Shown piece by piece: positions 20,063 through 30,021 of a stretch of DNA of 64,000 bases; positions within the stretch are counted from its first letter, which is position 1, and every line of letters begins with the position of its first letter. The notes beneath the pieces were generated by a model that saw only the letters and a list, made by a program, of their open reading frames with translations, did not search any database and was not told the DNA's origin. Origin of the DNA: Eubacteriales bacterium (GTDB taxonomy: Bacteria; Bacillota; Clostridia; Oscillospirales; CAG-272); assembly GCA_045653705.1 (NCBI GenBank), contig JAZOMG010000006.1, positions 90,074-154,073 on the forward strand, given 5' to 3'. The position numbers were made by a program, and so were the translations under genes.

Positions 20063-21247
20063 ATGAAAGAATTTGAACTTAAATACGGATGTAACCCCAA
20101 CCAAAAGCCTGCCAAGATTCTTATGGATGACGGACGTGAGCTTCCCATTGAGATTCTCTGCGGAAAGCCCGGATATATTAATTTTTTGGATGCGTTCAAC
20201 AGCTGGCAGCTTGTAAAGGAGCTGAAAGAAGCAACGGGAATACCTTGCGCTACTTCCTTTAAGCACGTTAGCCCCACGTCTGCGGCAGTAGGTCTTCCTC
20301 TCTCGGATACTCTTAAAAAGGCTTGCTTTGTTGACGATATTGAGGGACTTGACGATTCTCCCTTGGCGTGCGCCTACGCAAGAGCAAGGGGAACAGACAG
20401 AATGTCATCCTTTGGCGACTGGGTAGCTCTTAGTGACGTATGCGATAAGACTACCGCGCTTATCTTGAAAAGAGAGGTATCTGACGGAATAATTGCCCCC
20501 GGATATACCGATGAAGCTTTGGAAATTCTCCGCACAAAGAAAAAGGGAAATTACAACATTGTTAAAATTGACCCCGAATATACTCCTGCCGCTATCGAGC
20601 GCAAGCAGGTATACGGAATTACCTTTGAGCAGGGAAGAAACAATTTTGAAATCAACAAAGAGCTTCTTTCAAATATTGTTACGGAAAATAAGAATATGCC
20701 CGATGAAGCTGTAAGAGACCTTATAATTGCTTTGATAACCTTGAAGTACACTCAGTCCAATTCGGTATGCTTTGCATATAACGGACAGGCTATCGGCGTA
20801 GGCGCAGGACAGCAGTCGAGAATCCACTGCACGCGTCTTGCGGGAAATAAGGCCGATATATGGCATTTGAGACAGCATCCCAAGGTGCTGGCACTTCCTT
20901 TCCTTGATACTCTCGGCCGCCCTGACAGAGATAATACGATTGACGTATACATCTCCGACGAGAGCGATGACGTGCTTGCTGACGGAAGATGGCAGAATTA
21001 CTTTAAGGAAAGACCCGAAGCGCTTACTGCCGAGGAGAAAAAAGAATATCTTGCTTCTATAACAGGTGTGTCTGTAGGAAGCGACGCATTCTTCCCGTTC
21101 GGTGATAATATTGAGCGCGCGAGAAAGAGCGGAGTTACCTATATCGCAGAGCCCGGCGGTTCTATCAGAGACGATAACGTAATCGATGTATGTAATAATT
21201 ACGGAATGGTTATGTGCTTTACAGGTATGCGCCTGTTCCATCATTAA
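20063..21247 (+). CDS. purH: AICAR formyltransferase (PurH C-terminal domain only; no MGS-like IMP cyclohydrolase domain)
   Basis: LKYGCNPNQ, SDAFFPFGDNIE, EPGGSIRDDNVI and the C-terminal MCFTGMRLFHH correspond to AICARFT domain motifs. Its length of about 394 aa lacks the N-terminal IMPCH domain. AAGGAGAA RBS. A GTG at 20060 is an alternative start. Confidence 0.85.
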   Translation: MKEFELKYGCNPNQKPAKILMDDGRELPIEILCGKPGYINFLDAFNSWQLVKELKEATGIPCATSFKHVSPTSAAVGLPLSDTLKKACFVDDIEGLDDSPLACAYARARGTDRMSSFGDWVALSDVCDKTTALILKREVSDGIIAPGYTDEALEILRTKKKGNYNIVKIDPEYTPAAIERKQVYGITFEQGRNNFEINKELLSNIVTENKNMPDEAVRDLIIALITLKYTQSNSVCFAYNGQAIGVGAGQQSRIHCTRLAGNKADIWHLRQHPKVLALPFLDTLGRPDRDNTIDVYISDESDDVLADGRWQNYFKERPEALTAEEKKEYLASITGVSVGSDAFFPFGDNIERARKSGVTYIAEPGGSIRDDNVIDVCNNYGMVMCFTGMRLFHH

Positions 21248-21266
21248 ACCGTAAGGAGCTTATAGA

Positions 21267-22538
21267 ATGAAAATTATGGTAGTAGGTGGCGGCGGAAGAG
21301 AGCATGCCATTGTTAAAAAGATAAAGCAAAGCCCCAAGGTAGAGCAGATATTCGTTCTTCCGGGTAACGCAGGTATGCGAGATGATGCTGTTTGCGTTGA
21401 TATCGGCGCTAAGGATATTGAGGGAATAGTAAAATTTGCTAAGGAAAATAAAATCGATTATGCTATTGTTGCTCCCGATGATCCACTGGTTCTCGGTGCG
21501 GTAGATAGCTTAAACGAGGCGGGAATTCCTTGCTTTGGACCTCGCGCCAATGCGGCAATAATAGAGGGTAGTAAAATATTCTCTAAAAATCTTATGAAAA
21601 AATATAACATTCCTACGGCTAAATACGAGGTATTTACGGATATGGAATCCGCCCTTAAATATCTTGAGGATGAGACCTACCCCACTGTTATCAAAGCGGA
21701 CGGTCTTGCGCTCGGTAAGGGTGTTGTTATAGCAATGAATAAGGATGAGGCTATCGATGCAGTACGTTCGATGATGGAAGACCGTATGTTCGGAGACAGC
21801 GGAAGCCGAGTTGTTATCGAAGAGTTTTTAACAGGTCCCGAGGTTTCGGTGTTGGCGTTTACAGACGGAAACACTGTGGTTCCTATGGTGTCCTCCATGG
21901 ACCACAAGCGCGCCCTTGATAATGATATGGGTCTTAATACGGGCGGAATGGGAACGATTGCTCCTAACCCTTATTATACAAAGAATATAGCCGATATTTG
22001 CATGAAAGATATTTTCCTGCCTACGATTAACGCTATGAACGCCGAGGGACGCACCTTTAAGGGATGCTTGTACTTTGGTCTTATGATTACTCCCAACGGC
22101 CCTAAGGTAATAGAGTATAACTGCCGTTTCGGCGACCCCGAGACACAGGTAGTGCTTCCTTTGCTTGAGGGCGACCTGCTTGAGATAATGATGGCTTGCA
22201 CAAACGGAACTCTTGATAAAACAGAGGTTAAATTCTCCACCGGAGCGGCGTGCTGTGTTATTATGGCATCGGGCGGTTATCCCAAGTCTTATAAAAACGG
22301 ATTTGAGATAACGGTCGATAGCGGTATGACAGCAGATATTTATTTTGCGGGAGCTAAAGAAACCGATGGAAAGCTTGTAACGGCAGGCGGACGGGTTTTG
22401 GGTGTTACCGCTGTGGAAAATAACCTTGCGTCAGCCATAGATAAAGCATATGAAAACGTAAAGAAAGTCAATTTTGAGGGTGCGCATTTCCGCAAGGATA
22501 TCGGTAAGAGAGCTATGGCGGCATCCGTAGAAAACTAA
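21267..22538 (+). CDS. purD: phosphoribosylamine-glycine ligase
   Basis: MKIMVVGGGGREHA N-terminus and ATP-grasp core VIKADGLALGKGV, typical of PurD. Confidence 0.92.
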   Translation: MKIMVVGGGGREHAIVKKIKQSPKVEQIFVLPGNAGMRDDAVCVDIGAKDIEGIVKFAKENKIDYAIVAPDDPLVLGAVDSLNEAGIPCFGPRANAAIIEGSKIFSKNLMKKYNIPTAKYEVFTDMESALKYLEDETYPTVIKADGLALGKGVVIAMNKDEAIDAVRSMMEDRMFGDSGSRVVIEEFLTGPEVSVLAFTDGNTVVPMVSSMDHKRALDNDMGLNTGGMGTIAPNPYYTKNIADICMKDIFLPTINAMNAEGRTFKGCLYFGLMITPNGPKVIEYNCRFGDPETQVVLPLLEGDLLEIMMACTNGTLDKTEVKFSTGAACCVIMASGGYPKSYKNGFEITVDSGMTADIYFAGAKETDGKLVTAGGRVLGVTAVENNLASAIDKAYENVKKVNFEGAHFRKDIGKRAMAASVEN

Positions 22539-22551
22539 CAGAGGAGTTAAT

Positions 22552-25500
22552 ATGGTTTACAGAGTTTATGTTGAAAAGAAAAATGAGCTTGCAAATGAAG
22601 CTCACAATCTTTTCAACGAAATTAGAAATCTTCTTTTTATAAACAGTCTTGAAGATCTGCGTATGATGAACCGCTACGATGTGGAAAACATCGAAAAGCC
22701 ACTGTTCGATTATGCGGTCAATACGGTATTTTCCGAGCCTCAGCTCGACATCGTTACCTACGAATTGCCCAAGGACAATTCAACCGTATTTGCGGTTGAA
22801 TATCTTCCGGGTCAATTTGACCAGCGCGCTGATTCGGCGGCTCAGTGTATACAGCTTTTCTCACAGGGCGAGCGCCCCACAGTAAGAACGGCAAGAATAT
22901 ATATTCTTTACGGAAACCTTACCGATGAAGAGTTATCGGCTATCAAGAAATACGTTATCAATCCCGTGAAAAGCCGTGAGGCATCCTTGGATACTGTTGA
23001 AACTCTTGCGGTGTCTTATGACATTCCTACCACTGTAAAGACTCTTGACGGCTTTATACAGCTTGACGAGAACGGACTTGCAGACTTTATTAAAACATAC
23101 GGACTTGCAATGGATATTGACGATATCCGCTTCTGTAGAGATTATTTCAGAACAGAGCAGAGAGATCCTACCATTACAGAGATTCGTATGATAGATACGT
23201 ACTGGTCAGACCACTGCCGTCACACAACGTTCTTAACAACTATCGATAACGTCAAATTCGAGGACGAGCTGTTAGAAAAGGCATATGAGGAATACGTGGC
23301 TACACGTAAGGCATTAGGCAGAACAAAGCCTATAAATCTTATGGATATCGCTACCCTTGCCGTTAAGCATCTTCGTAAAGAGGGGATGATGCCCCACCTT
23401 GACGAATCCGAGGAGATAAACGCTTGCACCGTAAAAATAAAGGTAGACGTTAACGGCGAGGAACAGGATTGGCTCTTGCTGTTTAAGAACGAGACCCACA
23501 ATCACCCCACGGAGATCGAGCCTTTCGGCGGCGCAGCAACCTGTATAGGCGGAGCAATCAGAGACCCGCTGTCGGGTAGATCCTACGTATACGGAGCTAT
23601 GCGCGTAACAGGCGCGGCTGACCCCAGAAAGCCTGTTGACCAGACTATTCCCGGTAAACTTCCTCAAAGAAAAATAGTTACCACCGCGGCAGCCGCCTAT
23701 TCTTCATACGGCAACCAGATAGGACTTGCCACAGGACAGGTAGGCGAGCTTTACCACGACGGATACGTTGCAAAGCGTTTGGAGATAGGCGCAGTTATCG
23801 CGGCGGCTCCTGCTAAGAACGTAAGACGTGAGGTTCCCGAGGACGGAGATATAGTTATACTGCTTGGCGGTAGAACAGGACGCGACGGATGCGGCGGAGC
23901 TACAGGCTCGTCCAAATCCCACACCCTTGAATCCCTTGAATCCTGCGGAGCAGAGGTTCAAAAGGGAAATGCTCCCGAGGAAAGAAAGCTTCAGAGACTC
24001 TTCAGAAATCCCGAAGCATCCGCAATGATAAAGCGCTGTTACGACTTTGGAGCGGGCGGTGTATCTGTTGCTATCGGCGAGCTTGCAGACGGACTTTATA
24101 TCGACCTTAACGCTGTACCTAAAAAGTATGACGGACTTGTCGGCACAGAGCTTGCTATAAGTGAATCTCAGGAAAGAATGGCTGTTGTTGTAGAAAAACA
24201 GGACGTTCAGAGATTTATTGACCTTGCAAACAAGGAAAATCTTGAGGCAACGGTTGTCGCTCGCGTTACTGCTGAGCCGAGGCTCGTTATGAACTGGAAC
24301 GGACAGACTATTGTTAATATATCGAGAGAATTTCTTAATTCCAACGGTGCTGAAAAGCATATTGACGTTGTTGCCGCAAAGCCTGTTGCGTTCGGCAAAA
24401 ATACCGACGGAAGCTTTACGGATATGATGGCAGAGCTTCCGAGAGATCTTAACGTATGCTCAAAGAGAGGTCTTGTAGAGCGTTTCGATTCAACTATTGG
24501 AGCGGGAACAGTTACAATGCCTTACGGCGGAAAAACACAAAGCACTCCCTCACAGGTAATGATAAACAAAGTCTCTGTTGAAGCAGCTGTTACAGATACT
24601 TGCTCCTTTATGGCTTGGGGCTATAACCCCTTTATAACCGAAAAGAGCCCCTATCACGGAGCTTATCTTGCAGTCGTTGAGTCTGTATCCAAGCTTATCG
24701 CAGGCGGCGCGGAATATAAGGATATTTACCTTACGTTCCAAGAGTATTTTGAAAAGCCCTTGAAAGCCCCCAAGCGTTGGGGCAAGCCTATGTCGGCTCT
24801 TCTCGGAGCGTTTATGGCTCAAAAGGATTTCGGAATAGGCGCTATCGGCGGTAAGGACTCTATGAGCGGAAGCTTTGAAAATATAGACGTTCCGCCTACG
24901 CTTGTTTCTTTTGCTGTTACCACAGGTAAGGTATCGCAGGTCGTAACGCCCGAATTCAAGTCGGCCGGACATAACGTATACCTCTTAAAGCCCGAATACA
25001 CAGGTGACGGACTTCCTTGCGCTAAATCTCAAATGGCTCTTTACAACAAGGTTTACGGACTTGTAAAAGAGGGTAAGGCGGTAGCCGTTTATACCCCCAC
25101 CTACGGCGGCGTTGCCGAGGGCGTAATGAAGATGTGCTTCGGTAATAATATCGGCTTCAAATATAACGATAGCATAGCTCTTGATGAAATATTCGGCTAT
25201 AATTACGGTGCGTTTGTTGTTGAGACGGCTGACGGCTGTGAGCTTGATGAAACACTTTTGGGTGTTACCGATACAGCTTACGCTATTACGTATAAGAACG
25301 AAACCGTTAAGCTTGACAGTATATACAGCGAATATGAGAATACACTTGAGAGTGTATATCCCACACACGCCGCAGAAGCCAAGAACGAAATACCCGCATT
25401 CTCATATGATAAGAAGAGTAACGTAGCGCCTGCTGTGCTTTGCAAGAAGCCTAAGGTCCTCATTCCCGTATTCCCCGGTACAAACTGTGAATACGATACC

Positions 25501-26247
25501 CAAAAGGCGTTTATCAAGGCGGGAGCGGATGCAGAGATATTCGTTATAAACAACCTCAGCTCTGCGGGTATTACAGAATCTGTAAACGCATTTGCTGCAA
25601 AAGCTAAGGATTCACAGATAATTTTCATCCCCGGCGGATTTTCGGGCGGAGACGAGCCTGACGGTTCGGGTAAGTTTATAACCGCATTCTTCCGTAACGG
25701 AGCTATTAAGGAAGAGGTAAACAAGCTTCTTAAGGTAAGAAAGGGTCTTATGTGCGGTATCTGTAACGGCTTCCAGGCTATTATAAAGCTTGGTCTTGTA
25801 CCTTACGGTGAGATCATTGATACCGATGAGAACTGTCCTACGCTTACGTTCAACTCTATTGGACGTCACCAGTCGAGAATTGTACAGACAAGAATAGCGT
25901 CTAATATGTCTCCTTGGCTTGCAAAGACCGAGGTTGGTGATATCCACGCTGTTCCGATATCTCACGGCGAGGGACGTTTCTTGGCATCCGATGAGCTTAT
26001 TATGAAGCTTGCAGAGAACGGACAGATAGCTACGCAGTATGTAGACCTGTCGGGCAATCCCACGTCGGATATACTCTATAACCCCAACAACTCCTGCTTT
26101 GCTATTGAGGGAATAACCTCTCCCGATGGCTTGGTATTCGGAAAGATGGGACACTCCGAGCGTTTCGATAACGGACTTTATAAAAATGTTCCCGGTAACT
26201 ATGACAACAAGATGTTTGAAGCTGCCGTTGAATATTTTAATAAGTAA
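22552..26247 (+). CDS. purL: phosphoribosylformylglycinamidine synthase, single-chain large form (PurS/PurL/PurQ fused)
   Basis: 1231 aa. N-terminal PurS-like repeats. FKNETHNHPTEIEPFGGAATCIGG synthetase motif. C-terminal class-I amidotransferase with nucleophile elbow GICNGFQ and HGEGRF. Confidence 0.92.
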   Translation: MVYRVYVEKKNELANEAHNLFNEIRNLLFINSLEDLRMMNRYDVENIEKPLFDYAVNTVFSEPQLDIVTYELPKDNSTVFAVEYLPGQFDQRADSAAQCIQLFSQGERPTVRTARIYILYGNLTDEELSAIKKYVINPVKSREASLDTVETLAVSYDIPTTVKTLDGFIQLDENGLADFIKTYGLAMDIDDIRFCRDYFRTEQRDPTITEIRMIDTYWSDHCRHTTFLTTIDNVKFEDELLEKAYEEYVATRKALGRTKPINLMDIATLAVKHLRKEGMMPHLDESEEINACTVKIKVDVNGEEQDWLLLFKNETHNHPTEIEPFGGAATCIGGAIRDPLSGRSYVYGAMRVTGAADPRKPVDQTIPGKLPQRKIVTTAAAAYSSYGNQIGLATGQVGELYHDGYVAKRLEIGAVIAAAPAKNVRREVPEDGDIVILLGGRTGRDGCGGATGSSKSHTLESLESCGAEVQKGNAPEERKLQRLFRNPEASAMIKRCYDFGAGGVSVAIGELADGLYIDLNAVPKKYDGLVGTELAISESQERMAVVVEKQDVQRFIDLANKENLEATVVARVTAEPRLVMNWNGQTIVNISREFLNSNGAEKHIDVVAAKPVAFGKNTDGSFTDMMAELPRDLNVCSKRGLVERFDSTIGAGTVTMPYGGKTQSTPSQVMINKVSVEAAVTDTCSFMAWGYNPFITEKSPYHGAYLAVVESVSKLIAGGAEYKDIYLTFQEYFEKPLKAPKRWGKPMSALLGAFMAQKDFGIGAIGGKDSMSGSFENIDVPPTLVSFAVTTGKVSQVVTPEFKSAGHNVYLLKPEYTGDGLPCAKSQMALYNKVYGLVKEGKAVAVYTPTYGGVAEGVMKMCFGNNIGFKYNDSIALDEIFGYNYGAFVVETADGCELDETLLGVTDTAYAITYKNETVKLDSIYSEYENTLESVYPTHAAEAKNEIPAFSYDKKSNVAPAVLCKKPKVLIPVFPGTNCEYDTQKAFIKAGADAEIFVINNLSSAGITESVNAFAAKAKDSQIIFIPGGFSGGDEPDGSGKFITAFFRNGAIKEEVNKLLKVRKGLMCGICNGFQAIIKLGLVPYGEIIDTDENCPTLTFNSIGRHQSRIVQTRIASNMSPWLAKTEVGDIHAVPISHGEGRFLASDELIMKLAENGQIATQYVDLSGNPTSDILYNPNNSCFAIEGITSPDGLVFGKMGHSERFDNGLYKNVPGNYDNKMFEAAVEYFNK

Positions 26248-26254
26248 AATGCAA

Positions 26255-26295
26255 CAAAAAAATCTCAGTGGCGATTGCCACTGGGATTTTTTGTT
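26255..26295. terminator. bidirectional intrinsic terminator between purL and the convergent membrane-protein gene
   Basis: AAAAAAATCTCAGTGGC-gatt-GCCACTGGGATTTTTTG. There is an A-run on the left and a T-run on the right. Confidence 0.8.
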
Positions 26296-27276
26296 TTATT
26301 CATTTTCCGAGGTTTCTTCGGAAGTTTCGTTCAAGCTCTCATTTTCATAAGGCTTTATCATATATTTATCAATAACAGGATAAGCGGCGTATACCGACAT
26401 AAACGCGATTATCGAAATCATATAAACAAAAGGCAGAACAAGGGGGATAGTTATTCCCATAGGCAACAGCCAAATAATAAGTACGATATGTATTCCGACA
26501 AAAATAATAATTCCAACAGCCGCTACAAGATTTCTAAATATACCCAAAATAGAGAATATAAGAGAATTTTTAATTATCTTAAATATCTTCATATCAAAGG
26601 TGATAAGGAGCTGATAAATATAAAATCTCATAAATATATATATAATCGCCACGGCTACCATTATACCGAGCATTATATCTATACCCAAACTGCTTGCCGA
26701 AGTAATAAAGAAATATATGTCTATTATAAGCACCGAACAGCAAATAAAGTCAAGCATACCTACGATGAGAGCTTGCTTCAGATTTTTCTTGATTGCGTAG
26801 AAATAATCCGAAAATACAAATACAGGCTCTCCACGGAAAAGTCCTCTGAGCACGTACGCCGCTCCAACGTTTTGCCAACCAAAGGTTACAAACAGAAACA
26901 GAGCCAAAACAGCCATTCCTACGATCATAATAGGAGTAACAAGGGGCGCTTCTATTTGTCGGCTGACAAGGTCAAGCTTGTTCAGCAGAGCAGGGGAGTC
27001 AACTATTTTCGATATTCCATATAAGGGGGCGTATGCGGCATCGGCTACGTTTGAGGTTTTAGCACCAAAGATATTGATCAGGATAATTCCCAATATAGGC
27101 AATACCTGAAACAGCATCATTAAATTAAGCTGTAACAGCTGTACAAGCTTTCGCCAAAGCAGAATAAAGAAAAACTTTAAGTTTGGTTTTCTGCTTTCCT
27201 GTTCATATACTCCCTTACCGTCTCGGTTAAGGTCGAAAAGCTTAAATTTTCTTGTTTTTTGTTCTTTTTTTCTCAA
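26296..27276 (-). CDS. polytopic membrane protein, DUF624/YesL-like
   Basis: The N-terminus FKLFDLNRDGKGV...KPNLKFFFILLWRKLVQLLQLNLMMLF and the central GWQNVGAAYVLRGLFRGEPVFVFSDYFYAIKKNLKQ resemble the YesL family pattern. TTG start with AAGGAAG RBS 8 nt upstream. The family call is from memory only. Confidence 0.5.
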   Translation of the reverse strand: MRKKEQKTRKFKLFDLNRDGKGVYEQESRKPNLKFFFILLWRKLVQLLQLNLMMLFQVLPILGIILINIFGAKTSNVADAAYAPLYGISKIVDSPALLNKLDLVSRQIEAPLVTPIMIVGMAVLALFLFVTFGWQNVGAAYVLRGLFRGEPVFVFSDYFYAIKKNLKQALIVGMLDFICCSVLIIDIYFFITSASSLGIDIMLGIMVAVAIIYIFMRFYIYQLLITFDMKIFKIIKNSLIFSILGIFRNLVAAVGIIIFVGIHIVLIIWLLPMGITIPLVLPFVYMISIIAFMSVYAAYPVIDKYMIKPYENESLNETSEETSENE

Positions 27277-27300
27277 TTTTTTTACTTCCTTATATGTATG

Positions 27301-27909
27301 TTATAATATTAAAATCAAAAGACAGTAGATAGCGTTTAATATAAAAACAGTTCCGATTCCGCAAATTGTATAGAGAATAATTAATATCAGGGATTTTATG
27401 TTTAACCTAAATCTGTAATTTGGCAAAAATATTTTAAGCTCAACAGAATGCGCGGAAAGTCCGCAAAGAAAAGACACAATAAATATTAAAGAAATCAGCT
27501 TTAATATAACAAATATGACAAGCGGTTTATAGCCTATTACAGAGTATTGTGAAACACACCTGTAAAAGACAGCGGATGAAAAACCAACGCTAAAGCCCTT
27601 GCATAGCAAAATTATATCCGATGCCAGATAATTAAAAACAGAAAACGTAAAGCAAAAGCCAAGAAAAATGCAAAGCAGATCCGAAAGGGAATAATACGCA
27701 GTATAAATCAAAATATTACCTAACTGCCTGTCTTTTTTTATATCTGCTAAAAAATGCTTTCTGATATCTTCTCCAAAGGTAAGTAGCGTTCCGTTACTTA
27801 TAAGATATGAAAAATATACACCTATCAGTAACGCCGCCGTAGCGACAAGAGTATACTGGAAAATTATTTTCTTTATCTCGTTTTTTCTATCGTATTTCTG
27901 AACAACCAT
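27301..27909 (-). CDS. membrane protein, possibly stage II sporulation protein M-like
   Basis: About 5 TM segments and about 200 aa. The LCKGFSVGFSS block resembles the SpoIIM LKGVVVGF block. GAGGAA RBS precedes ATG 27909 (the ORF-track TTG is at 27924). This is a weak assignment. Confidence 0.4.
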   Translation of the reverse strand: MVVQKYDRKNEIKKIIFQYTLVATAALLIGVYFSYLISNGTLLTFGEDIRKHFLADIKKDRQLGNILIYTAYYSLSDLLCIFLGFCFTFSVFNYLASDIILLCKGFSVGFSSAVFYRCVSQYSVIGYKPLVIFVILKLISLIFIVSFLCGLSAHSVELKIFLPNYRFRLNIKSLILIILYTICGIGTVFILNAIYCLLILIL

Positions 27910-27972
27910 TAACGTTCCTCGCAATAAAATTATACTTTTACAGTATAATCTATGCGCGAAACTATTATTACA

Positions 27973-28794
27973 TTACTTTTTAGCTCCTAATTCATCGGCT
28001 CTTTTGGTACAAGCCACCATAGCTTCTTTGATGATCTCATCGAAATTATTTTCGTCAAGCTTGTATAGAGCTTGCTCTGTAGTACCGCCCTTTGATGCTA
28101 CCTTGGAAATAAGCTCTTCGGGGGTGTCGGTAGATTGCTTTAACATGAGCGCCGAACCGATAACAGTATCGCAAACGGCATTTAACAGCTCGCGGTCAGA
28201 TAAGCCTTGCGCAAGAGCGCCTTGGTAAATCGCGTTTATAAATTTAAATACATATGCGGGTGAAGAGGACGTTACTCCGATAATTCTGTTCATTTCACTC
28301 TCATCGATGAGTAATACGCTTCCCGCAGATTCAAAAATCGAGCATACAAAAGAAAAATCCTCAGTGCTTGCTTTTTCGCATCTGCAAATTACCGACACAC
28401 CTTTGCCGATAAGCATAGGTACGGTGGGCAGAACACGGATAATACAAGCGTTATTCAGACTTTGCGAAACACTTTCTGATGTGATGCCTGCTCCTATTGA
28501 AATGTATATTTTCTCTTCACAGCCCTCAACCTGAGATATCTCCTCAAGCACCTCTGTATAGTTTTGCGGCTTTACCGATATCAAAACGTAGTCTGCCTTC
28601 TTGACAGCCTCGGCTACGTACGACGCGTATGTATATGAAATCCGTCCGTCAATGAGTTCTCTGTATTGGGTATCGTTTTTGTCATATAAAATTATATTTG
28701 AAATATTAATGTTTGAAGATACAATGCCCGAGATTATCGCCTTAGCCATATTGCCAACGCCGATAACAGCAAGCGAGTACGCTTTTGTTTCCAT
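27973..28794 (-). CDS. proC: pyrroline-5-carboxylate reductase
   Basis: VIGVGNMAKAI Rossmann N-terminus. C-terminal KVASKGGTTEQAL motif typical of P5CR. Confidence 0.9.
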   Translation of the reverse strand: METKAYSLAVIGVGNMAKAIISGIVSSNINISNIILYDKNDTQYRELIDGRISYTYASYVAEAVKKADYVLISVKPQNYTEVLEEISQVEGCEEKIYISIGAGITSESVSQSLNNACIIRVLPTVPMLIGKGVSVICRCEKASTEDFSFVCSIFESAGSVLLIDESEMNRIIGVTSSSPAYVFKFINAIYQGALAQGLSDRELLNAVCDTVIGSALMLKQSTDTPEELISKVASKGGTTEQALYKLDENNFDEIIKEAMVACTKRADELGAKK

Positions 28795-28879
28795 AGCTCT
28801 TCTCCCTAAAAGATTCTATCTATCATTATATCATAACTTTTTTAACAGACGGTAAATAGTTATCATTTAATTTTTTAAG

Positions 28880-29656
28880 TTAACGGTTATATCTCAGTAT
28901 TTCAAAAGCAAATACTGCCGCGGCGGCGGATGTAGACAGAGAACCGCCGAATTCAGTCCCATAATCTATTCTTACTATTCTGTCTGCCATATTTAAAACG
29001 CTTCTCGAAATACCGCGTTTTTCTCCCCCTAAAATAACAAGAAGGGGCTTTGAGAGTTCTGCTTCAAAGATAGATACCGAGTCTCTTATTCCCGCGCACA
29101 GAACAGAGTATCCTTTTTCCTTGAAAAGGGCAATCGAATCGGTAATGCTCGGTGTAACGTACATATTGATAAGCTCCGAGCTTCCCGCCGATGAACGGGC
29201 AACAACCCCCGCCGCCCCCATCCAATTTCGCTCCCCGAGAATTATTCCGTCAATTCCGGCAGCATACAGAGAGCGAACGGCATATCCAAAATTATATGGG
29301 TCCTCGACTCCCTCTAAAACAAAATAAACGCCGTTATTAGCTATATTTTCAGCGGATAAAAAGGGAAGAGTACGGGGTGAGCATTCGGCTATTATACCGC
29401 CGTGTGTATTACCAACAGTATGTTCTTCTATAACTTCTGATTTTACAAGCTCAATTTCAAATCCGTGCTGTTTAGCTTTGATTTTCAAAAAACCAAGTTC
29501 TTTTGATTTGGACTTTACTTTGGAAACGTCAAAAAAAACGCGTAGGATTTTTCGGTCATTTCTGTTGCTTTCAATTCCTTTTATGAGCGAGGATATCGAT
29601 GACATACCCTCAAGCCAATCGGAATTTTCAAATTTTTCGGTTTCTTTTTTTATCAT
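28880..29656 (-). CDS. TrmH/SpoU-family RNA 2'-O-methyltransferase (RlmB-like)
   Basis: SpoU motifs DPYNFGYAVRSLYAAG, LVILGGEKRGIS and GSLSTSAAAAVFAFE. Confidence 0.8.
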   Translation of the reverse strand: MIKKETEKFENSDWLEGMSSISSLIKGIESNRNDRKILRVFFDVSKVKSKSKELGFLKIKAKQHGFEIELVKSEVIEEHTVGNTHGGIIAECSPRTLPFLSAENIANNGVYFVLEGVEDPYNFGYAVRSLYAAGIDGIILGERNWMGAAGVVARSSAGSSELINMYVTPSITDSIALFKEKGYSVLCAGIRDSVSIFEAELSKPLLVILGGEKRGISRSVLNMADRIVRIDYGTEFGGSLSTSAAAAVFAFEILRYNR

Positions 29657-29672
29657 AAAACATCCTTTTGTT

Positions 29673-29700
29673 AATATTTAGAATATATCTGACATACATT
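29673..29700 (+). promoter_or_regulatory. candidate sigma-E-type promoter for spoIIID
   Basis: AATATT (29673-29678), a 14-nt spacer, then CATACATT (29693-29700). This resembles the Bacillus sigma-E consensus (ATATT ... CATACAnT). spoIIID is sigma-E dependent in B. subtilis. Confidence 0.45.
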
Positions 29701-29739
29701 TGTAAAGAATACTATTTATTGAAAGAGGATCAATTTATT

Positions 29740-30021
29740 ATGATACGCGCCTCATCGTATAAGGAAAGATGTGTAACACTGGCAAATTATCTTGTTGAAA
29801 ATAAAACAACTGTACGAAAGGTTGCCGCTCATTTTGGAGTAAGTAAAAGTACGGTACATAAGGACATAACGGAAAATCTGAAAAGAGTAAATAAACCTCT
29901 GTATTGCCAAGTAAAGGAAATACTTGATATAAATAAAAAAGAAAGACATATCCGCGGTGGTGAGGCAACAAAAAATAAATATAAGAAAATAATTCAAAAG
30001 CCCATAACAGAGCAAAACTGA
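29740..30021 (+). CDS. spoIIID: sporulation transcriptional regulator SpoIIID
   Basis: KTTVRKVAAHFGVSKSTVHKDITE ... VKEILD ... RHIRGGEATKNKYK closely parallels B. subtilis SpoIIID. GAAAGAGGA RBS precedes ATG 29740. Confidence 0.9.
   Translation: MIRASSYKERCVTLANYLVENKTTVRKVAAHFGVSKSTVHKDITENLKRVNKPLYCQVKEILDINKKERHIRGGEATKNKYKKIIQKPITEQN

Noticed and set aside
19369-20277. A 302-aa ORF on the minus strand, antisense to purO/purH.
   Set aside because: It lies entirely inside two well-supported + strand genes. It has no RBS and no recognisable motifs, and its composition is that of a shadow frame.
26275-27024. A 249-aa + strand ORF rich in Tyr, Asn and Lys.
   Set aside because: It is the antisense frame of the AT-rich DUF624-like membrane-protein gene. 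It has a low-complexity translation, and it begins within the purL terminator hairpin.
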